A DNA stretch of 64,000 bases from an uncultured delta proteobacterium (GTDB lineage Bacteria; Myxococcota_A; UBA9160; SMWR01), in NCBI GenBank assembly GCA_963832165.1, contig CAWHTE010000005.1, forward strand, positions 1 to 64,000, in the 5' to 3' direction. Both the position numbers and the translations under genes were made by a program. The number at the start of each line of letters is the position of its first letter. Within the stretch, counting starts at the first letter, position 1. Under the pieces are notes generated by a model, which ran no database searches, was not told the DNA's origin, and was given only the letters and a program-made list of their open reading frames with translations. Shown piece after piece: positions 50,747-64,000 of the stretch.

Positions 50747-53049
50747 TCACAGCGGCGCCCGCCGCAGCCGCAGCGCGTTGGCGATCACGGAGACCGAGCT
50801 CGCGCTCATCGCGGCCGCGGCGATCATCGGATCGAGCAGCAGCCCCGACCACGGGTAGAGCACGCCCGCCGCGATCGGAACCCCCGCCGCGTTGTACACG
50901 AACGCGAAGAAGAGGTTCTGCCGGATGTTGCGTCATCGTGCGCGTGCGACAGCTCGCGCGCGCGCGCGATTCCGCGCAGGTCGCCCTTCACGAGCGTGAC
51001 CCCCGCGCTCTCCATCGCCACGTCGGTGCCCGTGCCCATCGCGATGCCCACGTGTGCCTGCGCGAGCGCGGGCGCGTCGTTGATGCCGTCCCCGGCCATC
51101 GCGACGATGCGACCCTCGCGCTGCAGGCGCTTCACGACCTCGGCCTTCTGGTCGGGCAGCACCTCCGCGATCACTTCGTCGATCCCGAGCCGGCGCGCCA
51201 CGGACTCCGCCGTGGTGCGGCTGTCTCCGGAGAGCATCACCACGCGCACGCGCTCGGCGTGCAGCGCGCGGATCGCCGTCGGGCGTGGTCTCCTTGATCG
51301 GGTCTGCGATCGCGAGCAGGCCCGCCACGGCGCCGTCCACCGCGGCGAACATCACGGTCTGACCCTCGGCGCGCAGCGCTTCCGCACGTTCGGCGAGCGG
51401 GCCCGCAGCGATGCCGAGCTCGTCCAGCAGCGCGCGATTGCCGAGCGCGACGTCGCGCCCCTCGACCCTGCCGCGCACGCCCTTGCCCGTGATCGATTCG
51501 AACTGCGAGGCGTCCGCGAGCTGCACGCCGCGCTCCGCGGCGCCCTTCCCGATCGCACTCGCGATCGGATGCTCGCTGCCGCGCTCGAGGCTCGCCGCGA
51601 GCCGCACGAGATCGTCTTCTGCGAAGCCGGGCGCAGGAACGACCGACACCAATCGGGGTCGCCCCTCGGTCAGCGTTCCGGTCTTGTCCACGACCAGCGT
51701 GTCGACCTTGCGCATCACCTCGATCGCTTCGGCGTTGCGGAACAGGATGCCCCCCGTGGCGCCGCGGCCCGTCGCGACCATGATCGACATGGGCGTGGCC
51801 AGGCCGAGCGCGCACGGGCAGGCGATGATCAGCACCGCGATCGCATTGAGCAGCGCGTAGGCCAGCCGCGGCTCGGGGCCGGCGATCGCCCAGACCGCGA
51901 AGGTCGCCACCGCGATCGCGATCACGCACGGCACGAACCACGCCGCTACCGCGTCGGCGAGCTTCTGCACCGGCGCGCGGCTGCGCTGCGCCTCGGCGAC
52001 CAGCTGCACGATCCGCGCGAGCAGCGTGTCCGCACCCACGCGCTCGGCGCGGATCACGAGCGCGCCGGTCCCGTTGATCGTGGCGCCGATCACGCGATCG
52101 CCCGCTTCCACGGACACCGGGACGGGCTCGCCCGTGACCATCGACTGGTCGACGTGGCTGCGGCCCTCGAACACCACGCCGTCCACGGGCACCTTCTCCC
52201 CGGGCCGCACGCGCAGGCGGTCGCCCACCTGTACGGCGTCGAGCGCCACGTCCTCTTCGCGGCCGTCCGGAGCGATCCGGCGCGCGGTCTTGGGCGTGAG
52301 CCCGAGCAGCTGCCGGATCGCGGCGCCCGTTCGCGAGCGCGCGCGCAGCTCGAGCACCTGGCCCAGCAGCACGAGCGTCACGATCACGGCCGCGGATTCG
52401 AAGTACACGGGCACCGCGCCACCGTGAGTCGCGGAACGAGTCCGGAAACCATCCGGGCGCGAGCGCAGCCGCGGCGCTCGCGATCCACGCCGCGCCGGTC
52501 CCGAGCGCGATCAACGTGAACATGTTGAGGCGCCGCGTGCGCAGGGAGGTCCAGCCGCGCACGAAGAACGGCCAGCCGCCCCAGAACACGACGGGCGTCG
52601 CGAGCGCGAGCTGGATCCAGGTCCGCGCTGGCGAGCCCGAGTGCCCCGAGAAGCCCGGCACCATCTCCGCCATCGCGATCGCGAACACGGGCACCGTGAG
52701 CACGAGGCTCACCCAGAACCGCCGCGTCATGTCGTCGAGCTCGGGATTGCGCTCGTCAGCGGTCGCGCGGAGCGGCTCGAGCGCCATGCCGCAGATCGGA
52801 CACGCGCCCGGCGCGCTGACGCCGAACCTCGGGATGCATCGGGCACGTGTATTCGCTTCCGGGCGGTGTCGCCGCCACCACCGCCATGGGCGCGAGGTAC
52901 CGCTCCGGCTCCGCGCGGAACTTCTCGAGACAGCGCGCCGAGCAGAATCCGTACGTCCGACCCGCGTGCACGTACCGATGCGGGCCGTCCGGCGGGACGC
53001 TCATCCCGCACACGGGATCCTTCAGCGGTTCCACGCCACCCATGATCAT
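50747..53049 (-). CDS. copA: Cu(I)-type P1B ATPase with YHS and heavy-metal-binding N-terminal domains (several frameshifts)
   Basis: [54 protein letters not shown]; end SVIANALRL. Confidence 0.92.
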
Positions 53050-53097
53050 CGGGCACTGGATCCAAATCCAGTCGATGTCCGGGAAAGACGCGCTGGA

Positions 53098-53745
53098 TCA
53101 GCCGAGGTTGCGGAACACGCCCTTGAGGAAGTCTTCCTCGGACACGCCGAACTTCGCGCCGAAGTTGTGGCGCTCGTCGATCGCGCGGTAGAGCTGGCGC
53201 AACAGCTCGCGGAACGTCTCGCGGACGCCCTCGCCCTTCGTGGCCACGGCGGGGAAGGTGGACACCGAGCCCCACGCCGCCTTGATCTCCTCGAGCGACT
53301 TCACGTCGGGCAGGTCGCGTTTATTGAACTGCACGACCTTCGGAATCTTGTCGAAGTCGATCCCGTTGCTCTTGAGATTCGCCTCCATGTCGCGCCACGA
53401 GTACGCGTTCGCGGAGGCGCTCGAGCGCTGCGAGTCGCACACGAACACGACGGCGTCGGCGCCCGAGAGGACGACCTTGCGCGTCGACTTGTGCATCACC
53501 TGGCCCGGCACCGTGAACAGCTTCAGCTTCACGGAGAATCCGTTGGCGGTGCCGAACTCGATCGGCAGGAAGTCGAAGTAGAGCGTGCGGTCGCCCGTGG
53601 TATCGAGCGTCACCATCTTGCCGCGCGAGCCCGTGTCCACGAGCTGGTGGAGCATCTGCAGGTTGGTCGTCTTGCCGGACAGCGCGGGTCCGTAATAGAC
53701 CACCTTCACGGTGATCTCGCGCTCCGACATGTTGATCTGGACCAT
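53098..53745 (-). CDS. MglA-family small GTPase
   Basis: KVVYYGPALSGKTTNL, DRTLYFDF, TVPGQ, GADAVVFV, QFNKRDLP. Confidence 0.92.
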   Translation of the reverse strand: MVQINMSEREITVKVVYYGPALSGKTTNLQMLHQLVDTGSRGKMVTLDTTGDRTLYFDFLPIEFGTANGFSVKLKLFTVPGQVMHKSTRKVVLSGADAVVFVCDSQRSSASANAYSWRDMEANLKSNGIDFDKIPKVVQFNKRDLPDVKSLEEIKAAWGSVSTFPAVATKGEGVRETFRELLRQLYRAIDERHNFGAKFGVSEEDFLKGVFRNLG

Positions 53746-53853
53746 GCCCCTCGAGCCCCCGAACCGACACACCTGTACGGGGGGCTCATCGGCGAGTTGC
53801 GGGCCGATATGTAGGCAACTGCTCACACATTGCGGTGCCGCGGCCCGCGCGTT

Positions 53854-54852
53854 CTAGTCGGAGCGGAATGCTTCCAGCAGCGCGCGAGCCGCGCGCGCAG
53901 GAGTGGTCTGGAGCTCCTGGACTTCCCGCTCGAGCGCGGGAATCCGGTCGGCCACGATCGGGTGCGACCGGAACGAGCGGCGCAGTCCCTCGTCGACGAG
54001 GCTCCACATCCAGGCGCGGGTCTGCTCGCGGCGGCGCGCCGCACTCTCTCCACTCGCGCCGAGCGCATCGCGGTGCGCGAGCACCATCTGCCAGACCGCG
54101 TCGACTCCTTCGCCCGTCTGCCCGCTCGCGGACAACACGCGCGGCCGCCAGCTCGGCGAGAGCGGGCGCAACAGGGAGAGCGCGCGCTCGTAGTCCTGGC
54201 GCGCGCGCTCCGCGAGCGGGCGCACGTCGCCGTCGGCCTTGTTCACGACGAGCCCGTCCGCGAGCTCGAGCACGCCCTTCTTGATCCCCTGCAGCTCGTC
54301 CCCCGAGCCCGGCTGCAACAGCACGAGGAAGAAGTCGACCATGCCCGCGACCGTGATCTCGGACTGGCCGATCCCCACCGTCTCCACGATCGCGACGTCA
54401 TATCCCCCCGCCTCGCAGACGAGCATCGCCTCGCGCGTGCGCGCGGCGACTCCCCCCAGCGTGCCGCCGGACGGCGACGGGCGGATGAACGCCTCGTCGC
54501 GCTGCGCGAGCCGCTCCATGCGCGTCTTGTCGCCGAGGATGCTGCCGCGGGTGACGGGGCTGCTCGGGTCGACCGCGAGCACGGCCACGCGGTGCCCCGC
54601 GTCGAGCAGATAGAGACCGAGCGCCTCGATGAACGTGCTCTTGCCGACGCCGGGCGGGCCCGTGATGCCGACGCGCAGCGCGCCGCCCGTGTCCGACACG
54701 AGCGCGTCGAGGATCTCCTGGCCGCGCTCGGCGCGATCGGCGCGCGTGCTCTCGAGCAGCGTGATCGTGCGCGCGATCGCGCGGCGATCGCCCGCGCGGA
54801 TCGCGGCGGGAACGTCGACCAGATCTTTCACCTTATCGACTTCGCTCGGCAC
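53854..54852 (-). CDS. meaB: Methylmalonyl-CoA mutase-associated GTPase
   Basis: GPPGVGKST, AVDPSS, GDKTRM, VETVGIGQSE, GDELQGIKKG, VNKAD. Confidence 0.95.
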   Translation of the reverse strand: MPSEVDKVKDLVDVPAAIRAGDRRAIARTITLLESTRADRAERGQEILDALVSDTGGALRVGITGPPGVGKSTFIEALGLYLLDAGHRVAVLAVDPSSPVTRGSILGDKTRMERLAQRDEAFIRPSPSGGTLGGVAARTREAMLVCEAGGYDVAIVETVGIGQSEITVAGMVDFFLVLLQPGSGDELQGIKKGVLELADGLVVNKADGDVRPLAERARQDYERALSLLRPLSPSWRPRVLSASGQTGEGVDAVWQMVLAHRDALGASGESAARRREQTRAWMWSLVDEGLRRSFRSHPIVADRIPALEREVQELQTTPARAARALLEAFRSD

Positions 54853-54909
54853 GCCTCATGGCCTTCGCTCGCCTTCGGCTCGCTGCGCGAAACTTGCGGC
54901 TCGCTGCGC

Positions 54910-57066
<2,157 letters not shown>

Positions 57067-57182
57067 GTCAGCGGGGGCTCCTCGTACAGATGAAGCAAAA
57101 ACGATAGCTGCCCCGCCAAGTTGCAGCACGGAGATCGCAGCGCGGTTCATGATCGGCCGCCCGTGCGCCGATCGATGGGGGA

Positions 57183-58697
57183 ATGTCCCGCGCCCTGCTC
57201 GCCATACCGCTCGTCACGGCGCTGGTCGCGTGGGGCAGCGGCGTGTGCGGGCGCGCCTTCGACTACGACGAGGTGATGCAGGCCCACGCGATCTGGCAGA
57301 TCACCGAGGGCCTCGTGCCGTTCCGCGACTTCTTCGAGGTCCACCCGCCCTTCCTCTGGTACCTGTTCGCGCCCGCGGTGTCGCTGCTGCCGGACGGGCC
57401 CGAGCTTCTGTTCGGGCTGCGCGCGCTCTCGGTGCTCGGCTGCGTGGCGTGGTTCGCCGCACTGCTCGCGGCCGCGCGTGCGGCGCGGCCCGCGCTGCGC
57501 GCGGAGTGGTGCATCGCCGCGGCGGCGGTCGCGGCCTGCCACCCGCTCGCGATCGACTTCGGCGTCCAGTTCCGGCCCGACGTCTGGGTCTGGGCGGCTG
57601 CGTTCGCCGTGCTCGCGCGCGCGATCCACGCGCGCGCGGGCTGGCGACGCGCGGCCGAGCTCGGAGTCGCCGGCACGCTCTGCACACTCGCGCTCCCGAA
57701 GCTCGCGCTCCTGTTCCCCGCGTTCGTCGCGATCGACTTCGTGCGCCGCGACGTGCGCGAGCCGCTCGCGCCCGATCTCGCGGGCTACGCGATCGGCATC
57801 GCCACGGGCCTCGCACTCGCCATGGGATTCCTGTTCGCGGTGGGGATCCAGCCGCTCGCGGCCTGGGACCTCGCGATCCGATATCACGGTTACGTCGCCA
57901 CGCACGCGGGCTTCCCGCGCGATCTCTGGGACGAGGTGATCAGTGCGCGCGCTTCGCTCGCGGTGGCGCTCGCGGGCGTGCTCGCGTGGCTGGCGTGGCT
58001 GCGGGTCGAGAGCGAGATGCCCACCACGCTCGAGCTCGCCGTGCTCGTCGCGTGCGGGCTCCAGCTCTGGATCGTTCCGTTCCCGTACGTGCAGTACACG
58101 GCGCCCGTATTCGTGCTCGCGGCCATCCTCGTGCCGTACCTGGGCGGCCTGTCCGAAGCGCTCGGCCGGCGCTGGCGGCCGGCGCCCCGATTCGCGCTCG
58201 CCTGCACGTGTCTCGTCGCTGCAGGGCTCGCCGCGGTGCCGCTCGCGCGGAGCTGGAACAGCCTCGACGCGATCCGTTTCGCGCAGGTTCACGCGGCGGT
58301 GCGCGAGCTCGCACCCGAAGGCGAGCGGATCCTCGTGCCGCCGCCGTTCCACCCGATCGCGCGCCACGACGCGCTGTACGGGCTGATCCAGACCTGGATG
58401 CCGTCCGGCGTGACCACCGAGCAGACGGTGCGGCGCCTCGAGCTGCCGAGCCGCGATTGGCTCAGCGAAGCCAGCTACCGCCGCGAGCTCGAGGCCAACC
58501 GGCCCGCGGTGGTGCTGTTCACGGGCACGCGCGAGTTCTTCTACAGCCCCGAGCAGGCCGCCGCGATCGCGCGCTATCTCGGCGATCACGCGTCGGAGTA
58601 CAGGCGCGTCGACGGGCTCGAGCCGGCGCTCTGGGTGCGCGCGGACCTCGTCGTGGCCCAGCAGCCGCGACTTCCGTCGGATACACGCACCCAGTAG
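57183..58697 (+). CDS. Polytopic membrane protein, GT-C (ArnT/PMT-like) glycosyltransferase appearance
   Basis: DYDE after TM1, [14 protein letters not shown] motif, about 10 TM helices, soluble C-terminal domain. Confidence 0.7.
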   Translation: MSRALLAIPLVTALVAWGSGVCGRAFDYDEVMQAHAIWQITEGLVPFRDFFEVHPPFLWYLFAPAVSLLPDGPELLFGLRALSVLGCVAWFAALLAAARAARPALRAEWCIAAAAVAACHPLAIDFGVQFRPDVWVWAAAFAVLARAIHARAGWRRAAELGVAGTLCTLALPKLALLFPAFVAIDFVRRDVREPLAPDLAGYAIGIATGLALAMGFLFAVGIQPLAAWDLAIRYHGYVATHAGFPRDLWDEVISARASLAVALAGVLAWLAWLRVESEMPTTLELAVLVACGLQLWIVPFPYVQYTAPVFVLAAILVPYLGGLSEALGRRWRPAPRFALACTCLVAAGLAAVPLARSWNSLDAIRFAQVHAAVRELAPEGERILVPPPFHPIARHDALYGLIQTWMPSGVTTEQTVRRLELPSRDWLSEASYRRELEANRPAVVLFTGTREFFYSPEQAAAIARYLGDHASEYRRVDGLEPALWVRADLVVAQQPRLPSDTRTQ

Positions 58698-58710
58698 CAT
58701 CCGGATCCTC

Positions 58711-59928
58711 GTGATCCGCCTGCAAGAGCACTATCGCCGTCCCGATTGGGTGCGCCGCATGAACTACATGGGCGACTCCGTGCTGGGCGCACACCATCTC
58801 GTGTCACTCGAGCCCGACGCGCTGGTCGAGCAGGCGCGCATCGCGGCGGGGCTCGAGGATTTCGGCGACTTCGACGGCGATTGGCGCGGCCGGCTCGAGC
58901 ACCTCGTCGAGCAGATCGAGAGCACTGCGCGGCTCCACCTGGTCGGGCGGCTCATGACGCGACAGGAGATCCTGCGCGGCCTGATCACGCGCCTCCTGCT
59001 CACGCAGCGCCGCCGAGCGGAGCCCGCGATCGCGCGCGAGCCGATCGAGGCGCCGATCGTGATCGCGGGGCCCGCGCGCTCGGGCACCACGATCCTGCAC
59101 GAGCTCCTGTGGCTCGACCCCGAGGCGCGCAGTCCGCTCGCCTACGAGGCGCTCCACCCCGCGCCGCCGGCCTCGCTCGCGGGCGAGCTGCGGGCACAGA
59201 TCGCCGAGTGCGAGCAGGAGCTGTGGTCGGACGTGCAGCCCGAGTTCGCGGCGGTCCACGAGCTCGCGGCGCGGCTGCCGATGGAATGCATCGCGATCCG
59301 CCAGCCCTCGTTCGGCGGCTTCCACTGGCCGATGGCCGCCGACATCCCGGGCTTCGTGCCCGACTTCCCGAATGCGATGGCCTATCACCGCGCGGTGCTC
59401 CAGAGCCTCCAGTACGGCGCGCCGCGCCGCACCTGGGTGCTCAAGACGCCCGTCTACCTGATGATGCTCGACCTGCTCTTCGCGACCTATCCCGATGCGT
59501 CCGTGATCATGACCCATCGCGATCCGGTCAAGACGCTGCCCTCGGGCCTGTCCACGCTCGCCGCGGTGCGCTGGCTGCGCAGCGACCACGTCGATATCGA
59601 GAAGATGGATGGCTACGGCTCGGGGCTGCTCTTGTACGCGCTGACGGAGCGCGACCGCGCGGGCACACTGCCGGGCCGGCTCGTGAACGTCCAGTTCGCC
59701 GATCTGATGCGCGATCCGATCGACGCGATGGAGCGCCTGTATGCAGACCTCGGGCGGACGTTCCAGTCGACCCACGCCGACCGGATCCGCGACTACCTCG
59801 GCCACAAGCCGAAGGGCAAGTTCGGTGCGCACAAGTACACGCCCGAAGACTGGGGACTCGACCCGGAGCGCATCCGCCGCGACCTCGCGCCGTACATGGA
59901 GCACTACCGGGTGCCGCGCGAGGACTAG
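58711..59928 (+). CDS. PAPS-dependent sulfotransferase family protein
   Basis: IAGPARSGTTILHELL (5'-PSB loop), WVLKTP, IMTHRDP. Confidence 0.9.
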   Translation: MIRLQEHYRRPDWVRRMNYMGDSVLGAHHLVSLEPDALVEQARIAAGLEDFGDFDGDWRGRLEHLVEQIESTARLHLVGRLMTRQEILRGLITRLLLTQRRRAEPAIAREPIEAPIVIAGPARSGTTILHELLWLDPEARSPLAYEALHPAPPASLAGELRAQIAECEQELWSDVQPEFAAVHELAARLPMECIAIRQPSFGGFHWPMAADIPGFVPDFPNAMAYHRAVLQSLQYGAPRRTWVLKTPVYLMMLDLLFATYPDASVIMTHRDPVKTLPSGLSTLAAVRWLRSDHVDIEKMDGYGSGLLLYALTERDRAGTLPGRLVNVQFADLMRDPIDAMERLYADLGRTFQSTHADRIRDYLGHKPKGKFGAHKYTPEDWGLDPERIRRDLAPYMEHYRVPRED

Positions 59929-59959
59929 CGCCATCTCTGTGGCGTGTGAAAATTGCGGC

Positions 59960-61144
59960 GTGCGCCGATCACGCGGCTGGACCCGATTCGCTGCCTGGCT
60001 CGTATTGATGCTGGGCGCGTGTGCGAGCCCGCCCGAGCAGACCGCACCCGAGAGCGTCGGCGACGCGGTCGAACCTGCGCCGCTGATCCCGTCGACGACG
60101 CAGGGAAAGGCCTGGGGCGTCTACCGCTACGCGCGCACGCGGGCGTACGACGAATCGAAAGGCGTCCGGCACAACCCGGCAACTGACGACTATCGGATCG
60201 AGCTTCGGGCGCGCGCGGCGCTGGCCGGGTTCTGGCGCGACGAGCGACCGCCCGATACCGGGCCCGATCCGTATCTCGACCTGCTCGTCGCACTCGACGA
60301 CCAGGGGCGCCTCCCGGAGCACGTGCTGGCATCCCTGCTCGAGCCGGGCTGGACGATCCCGGCCGAAGAGCTCGCGCAGATCGATCTCGCGGCGCTCGCC
60401 GAACTCGCGCGCGAGCCGATCCAGGCGCCGACCTTCGCCGTGCCGGAACCGCGCTCGGGAGAGGTCCGATCCGTCATCCCGGGCGAGCAGCTCCCGGACC
60501 CGCTGGCGCTCCATCCAGACCGCGTTCCGTGCGCGGAGTCGCTGCCGACGCTGCGCACGGCGATCCGCGCCTGGGAGCAGGAACGGGATGGGCTCGACGG
60601 CGCGCCCGCGGCCGCGGAGAACCGCGCTGAGCTCCTCCAACTGCTCTCGCTCGGCCGAGGCGAGCCTCCCTTCGCCACGCGCGGCATGACCTGGGTATCC
60701 CCGAAGCCTCATTGGCTGCTCTTCGTGGCGGGCTTCTGCGCGATCGAGCACGAGGACTACGACGAGGCCGAGCAGTGGCTCGAGAGCGCGGTCGCCATGG
60801 CGCCGCACCGCGAGACCGCGCGCCTGGAGCTCGTGCACGCACTCGTCTCCCAGCGCAAGCTCGATCGCGCGGATGCAGTCGTCGGGGTCACGCTCTCCCG
60901 ATCGCAGGACCGCTGCGAGCTGGCTCGCGCCTGGCGCAAGCGCGGCTACATCCGTTTCGAGCAGCGCCGGCTCTCCGAGGCCGAGGACGCCTATCACCGC
61001 TCGCTCGACTTCGATCCCGAAAGCGGAATCGCGCACTCGGAGCTCGACCTGCTGCAACGCGAGATCGCGAAGAACGGCGGCACGCCGAAGTGGTACGTGC
61101 CGCCCGCTTCCCATTCGCACGTCACGAAATGCCCGCCGTCGTAG
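59960..61144 (+). CDS. TPR-containing lipoprotein
   Basis: Lipobox LGAC; TPR-like [32 protein letters not shown]; start uncertain. Confidence 0.7.
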   Translation: MRRSRGWTRFAAWLVLMLGACASPPEQTAPESVGDAVEPAPLIPSTTQGKAWGVYRYARTRAYDESKGVRHNPATDDYRIELRARAALAGFWRDERPPDTGPDPYLDLLVALDDQGRLPEHVLASLLEPGWTIPAEELAQIDLAALAELAREPIQAPTFAVPEPRSGEVRSVIPGEQLPDPLALHPDRVPCAESLPTLRTAIRAWEQERDGLDGAPAAAENRAELLQLLSLGRGEPPFATRGMTWVSPKPHWLLFVAGFCAIEHEDYDEAEQWLESAVAMAPHRETARLELVHALVSQRKLDRADAVVGVTLSRSQDRCELARAWRKRGYIRFEQRRLSEAEDAYHRSLDFDPESGIAHSELDLLQREIAKNGGTPKWYVPPASHSHVTKCPPS

Positions 61145-61163
61145 GACGGGCCGCAGTCCGCCG

Positions 61164-64000
61164 CTACATCGATCTCCGATAGCTTCCGCCCACCTCGAAC
61201 AGCGCATACGTGATCTGCTCGAGGCTCGCGACCTTCACCGTCTCCATGAGCTCGGCGAATACGTTCGCCGCCGCTCTCTGCGACCTCCTGGAGCCGGCGC
61301 AGTGCGATCGGCGCCGCCTCGGCGTGCCGGCGCTGGAACGCGCGCAGGTTGTCGAGCTGAACGCGCTTCTCGCCCTCGTCCGAGCGCATCAGCTCGCGCG
61401 TACGCGGCGCCTCCGCGTGCGGGTTCTCGAACGTGTTCACGCCGATGATCGGCAGCGCCCCCGAATCCTTCTGCGACTCGTAATGGAGGCTCTCCTCCTG
61501 GATCTTGCTGCGCTGGTAGAGCGTCTCCATCGCGCCGAGCACGCCGCCGCGCTGGGACAGGCGCTCGAACTCCTCCAGCACCGCGTTCTCGACGGCCTCG
61601 GTGAGATAGTCGATCGCGTAGGCGCCCTGGAGCGGGTTCTCGTTGCGCGCGATCCCGAGCTCGCGGTTGATGATCAGCTGGATCGCCACCGCGCGCCGCA
61701 CGCTCTCTTCCGTGGGCGTCGTCACGGCCTCGTCGTAGGCGTTGGTGTGCAGGCTGTTGCACTGGTCCTCGATCGCCGTGAGCGCCTGGAGCGTCGTGCG
61801 GATGTCGTTGAACGCCATCTCCTGTGCGTGCAGAGACCGACCCGACGTTTGGATGTGATACTTGAGCTTCTGGCTGCGTTCGGTCGCGCCGTACCGCTCG
61901 CGCAACGCGATCGCCCAGATCCGCCGCGCGACGCGCCCGATCACGCTGTACTCCGCGTCGAGCCCGTTGCTGAAGAAGAACGAGAAGTTCGGCGCGAAGT
62001 CGTCCACGCTCATCCCGCGCGCGCGGTAGTACTCGCAGTAGGTGAATCCGTTCGCGAGCGTGAACGCGAGCTGGGTGATCGGGTTCGCTCCGGCCTCGGC
62101 GATGTGGTAGCCCGAGATCGAGACCGAGTAGAAGTTGTCGATCTCGTTCTCGATGAAGTACTGCTGGACGTCGCCCATGACCTTCAGCGAGAAATCCGTG
62201 GAGAAGATGCAGGTGTTCTGCGCCTGGTCCTCCTTGAGGATGTCGGCCTGCACGGTGCCGCGCACGCGGTGCAGCACGTCGGCGCGGATGCGCGCGTAGG
62301 TCTCGGCGTCGATGACCTCGTCGCCCGACACCCCCAGTAGCGCGAGCCCGAGCCCGTCGTGGCCCTCCGGGAGCGGACCCGCATAGCGCGGGAGGTCGCG
62401 CGCTGCGAGCTCGGCGCGGACCGCGTCGAGCCGTCCCGTCTCGCGCAGGTGCTGCTCGACGCCCTGATCGATCGCCGCGTTCAGGAAGAACGCGAGCACC
62501 GTGGGCGCGGGCCCGTTGATCGTCATCGAGACGGACGTGCTCGGCGCTGCGAGGTCGAAGCCGGAGTAGAGCTTCTTCGCGTCGTCCACCGTGCACACCG
62601 AGACACCCGAGTTGCCGACCTTGCCGAAGATGTCGGGGCGCGGCGCGGGATCGCGACCGTAGAGCGTCACGGAGTCGAACGCGGTCGAGAGCCGCGCGGC
62701 GGGCATGCCGCGCGAGACGAGATGGAAGCGGCGGTTCGTGCGCTCGGGCGTGCCCTCCCCTGCGAACATGCGCGTCGGATCCTCGTCTTCGCGTTTGAAC
62801 GGAAACACGCCCGCCGTGAACGGGAAGCTCCCGGGCAGGTTCTCGCGGCGCAGGAAGCGCGCGAGCTCCGCCCAGTCGCGCGTGCGCGGCAGCGCGACCT
62901 TGGGCAGCCGCGTGCGCGAGAGCGTCTCGACGTGGTTCTCCACGTCGATCGCGCGGCCGCGCACCTCGTAGGACTGGGTATCGGCCGCATAGCGCGCGCG
63001 CACCTCGGGCCACTCGCGCAGCGCGTCGGCGAGCTCGGGACCCAGGTCGGCGAGCGCCGCGTCGCGCGCGGCGCGCAGCGCCGGCGCCTCGGCGCTCTGC
63101 GCGTCGAGTGCGGAGATCGAGCGGTCGAGCGCGGCCGCGTCCGCGGCCCGCTCGGCGAGCCGTTCGGTCTCCGCGTGCCACGCGCGCACGGTCTCGGCGA
63201 TCTCCGCGAGATACCGCCCGCGCGCGGCCGGAATCAGCGCGCCGGGCAGCATCCTCGGCGGTCCGCACGGTGTCGGGCGGCCGGTCCAGACCCAGGTGCG
63301 GCGCGAGCGCCGCGAACAGCCGGTCGACGCCCGCGTCGTTCCACTGCCGCGCGATCGTCGGGAAGACGGGCACGTCGGCGTCGGCCAACTCGAACTTTGC
63401 GCGGTTGCGCTTCCACTGCTTGCGCACGTCCCGCAGCGCGTCGAGCGCGCCCTGGCGGTCGCTCTTGTTGAGCACCACCACGTCGGCGAGATCGAGCATG
63501 TCGATCTTCTCGAGCTGCGACGGCGCACCGTACTCGGGCGTCATCACATAGACCGACGTGTCGACGAGATCGACGACCTCCGAATCGCTCTGCCCGATCC
63601 CGGCCGTCTCGACGATCACGAGGTCGAAGTCCGCGGCCTGGAGCACGCGCAGCGCATCGCCCACGGTCCGCGAGAGCGCGAGGTGGGCCCGCCGCGTCGC
63701 GACGCTGCGCACGAAGATGTGCGGGCCGTGGATCGCGTTCATGCGGATCCGGTCGCCGAGGAGCGCCCCGCCGGTGCGACGCCGCGTCGGATCCACGAGC
63801 AGCAGCGCCACGGTCGCATCGGGCCGCGCGCGGCGCAGCCGCAGCACGAGCTCGTCCACGACGCTCGACTTGCCCGCGCCGCCCGTACCCGTGAAGCCGA
63901 TCACGGGCGCCGCGGTGCGCGAGCGTCTCGCGGCGAGCGCCGTGCGCCAGGCCGCCGCCGCGGGGTCGTCCTCGCCCGCGGTCTCGATCTGCGTGATCCA
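61164..64000 (-). CDS. icmF: Fused isobutyryl-CoA mutase/GTPase, 5' truncated by window edge (frameshifts near 63260 and 61270)
   Basis: [61 protein letters not shown]; end [13 protein letters not shown]. Confidence 0.94.

Overview
High-GC bacterial window. Its gene content (MglA-like GTPase, DUF4388 and PEGA proteins, PEP-CTERM tails) suggests Myxococcota/Deltaproteobacteria; this is an inference. Many essential genes carry single-base indels, so the assembly probably has long-read errors. Left to right: (1) a tandem array of at least 4 paralogous ~1000-aa secreted YVTN beta-propeller plus di-heme (bCcP/MauG-like) proteins. Three end in a PEP-CTERM-type tail, and copies 2-4 are each preceded by a conserved IHF-like site and a TATA-like box. 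(2) Small accessory genes and tRNA-Pro. (3) A coupled TPR / VWA-lipoprotein / ExeA-like ATPase-PEGA trio behind infC-rpmI-rplT-pheS-pheT-ihfA-merR, with tRNA-Val but no thrS ahead of infC. (4) dnaE and guaA, then a four-gene block (GDSL hydrolase, TetR, exported SurE, six-repeat PEP-CTERM protein) separating guaA from guaB. (5) Two atypical signalling proteins, miaB, and a strong candidate ~135-nt sRNA with its own sigma70 promoter and terminator. (6) ribBA-MoxR-small Cys protein-VWA. (7) A copper cluster (P1B ATPase, Cys-rich small ORF, TolC/CusB/CusA) whose cusA runs into a decayed multicopper oxidase fragment. (8) An orphan MglA-like GTPase, meaB-scpA, GT-C/sulfotransferase/TPR genes, and a partial icmF. 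GTAG-type REP palindromes and several apparently leaderless genes are also present. No CRISPR, rRNA, integrase or transposase was seen. All calls come from motif recognition by eye; no database search was run.
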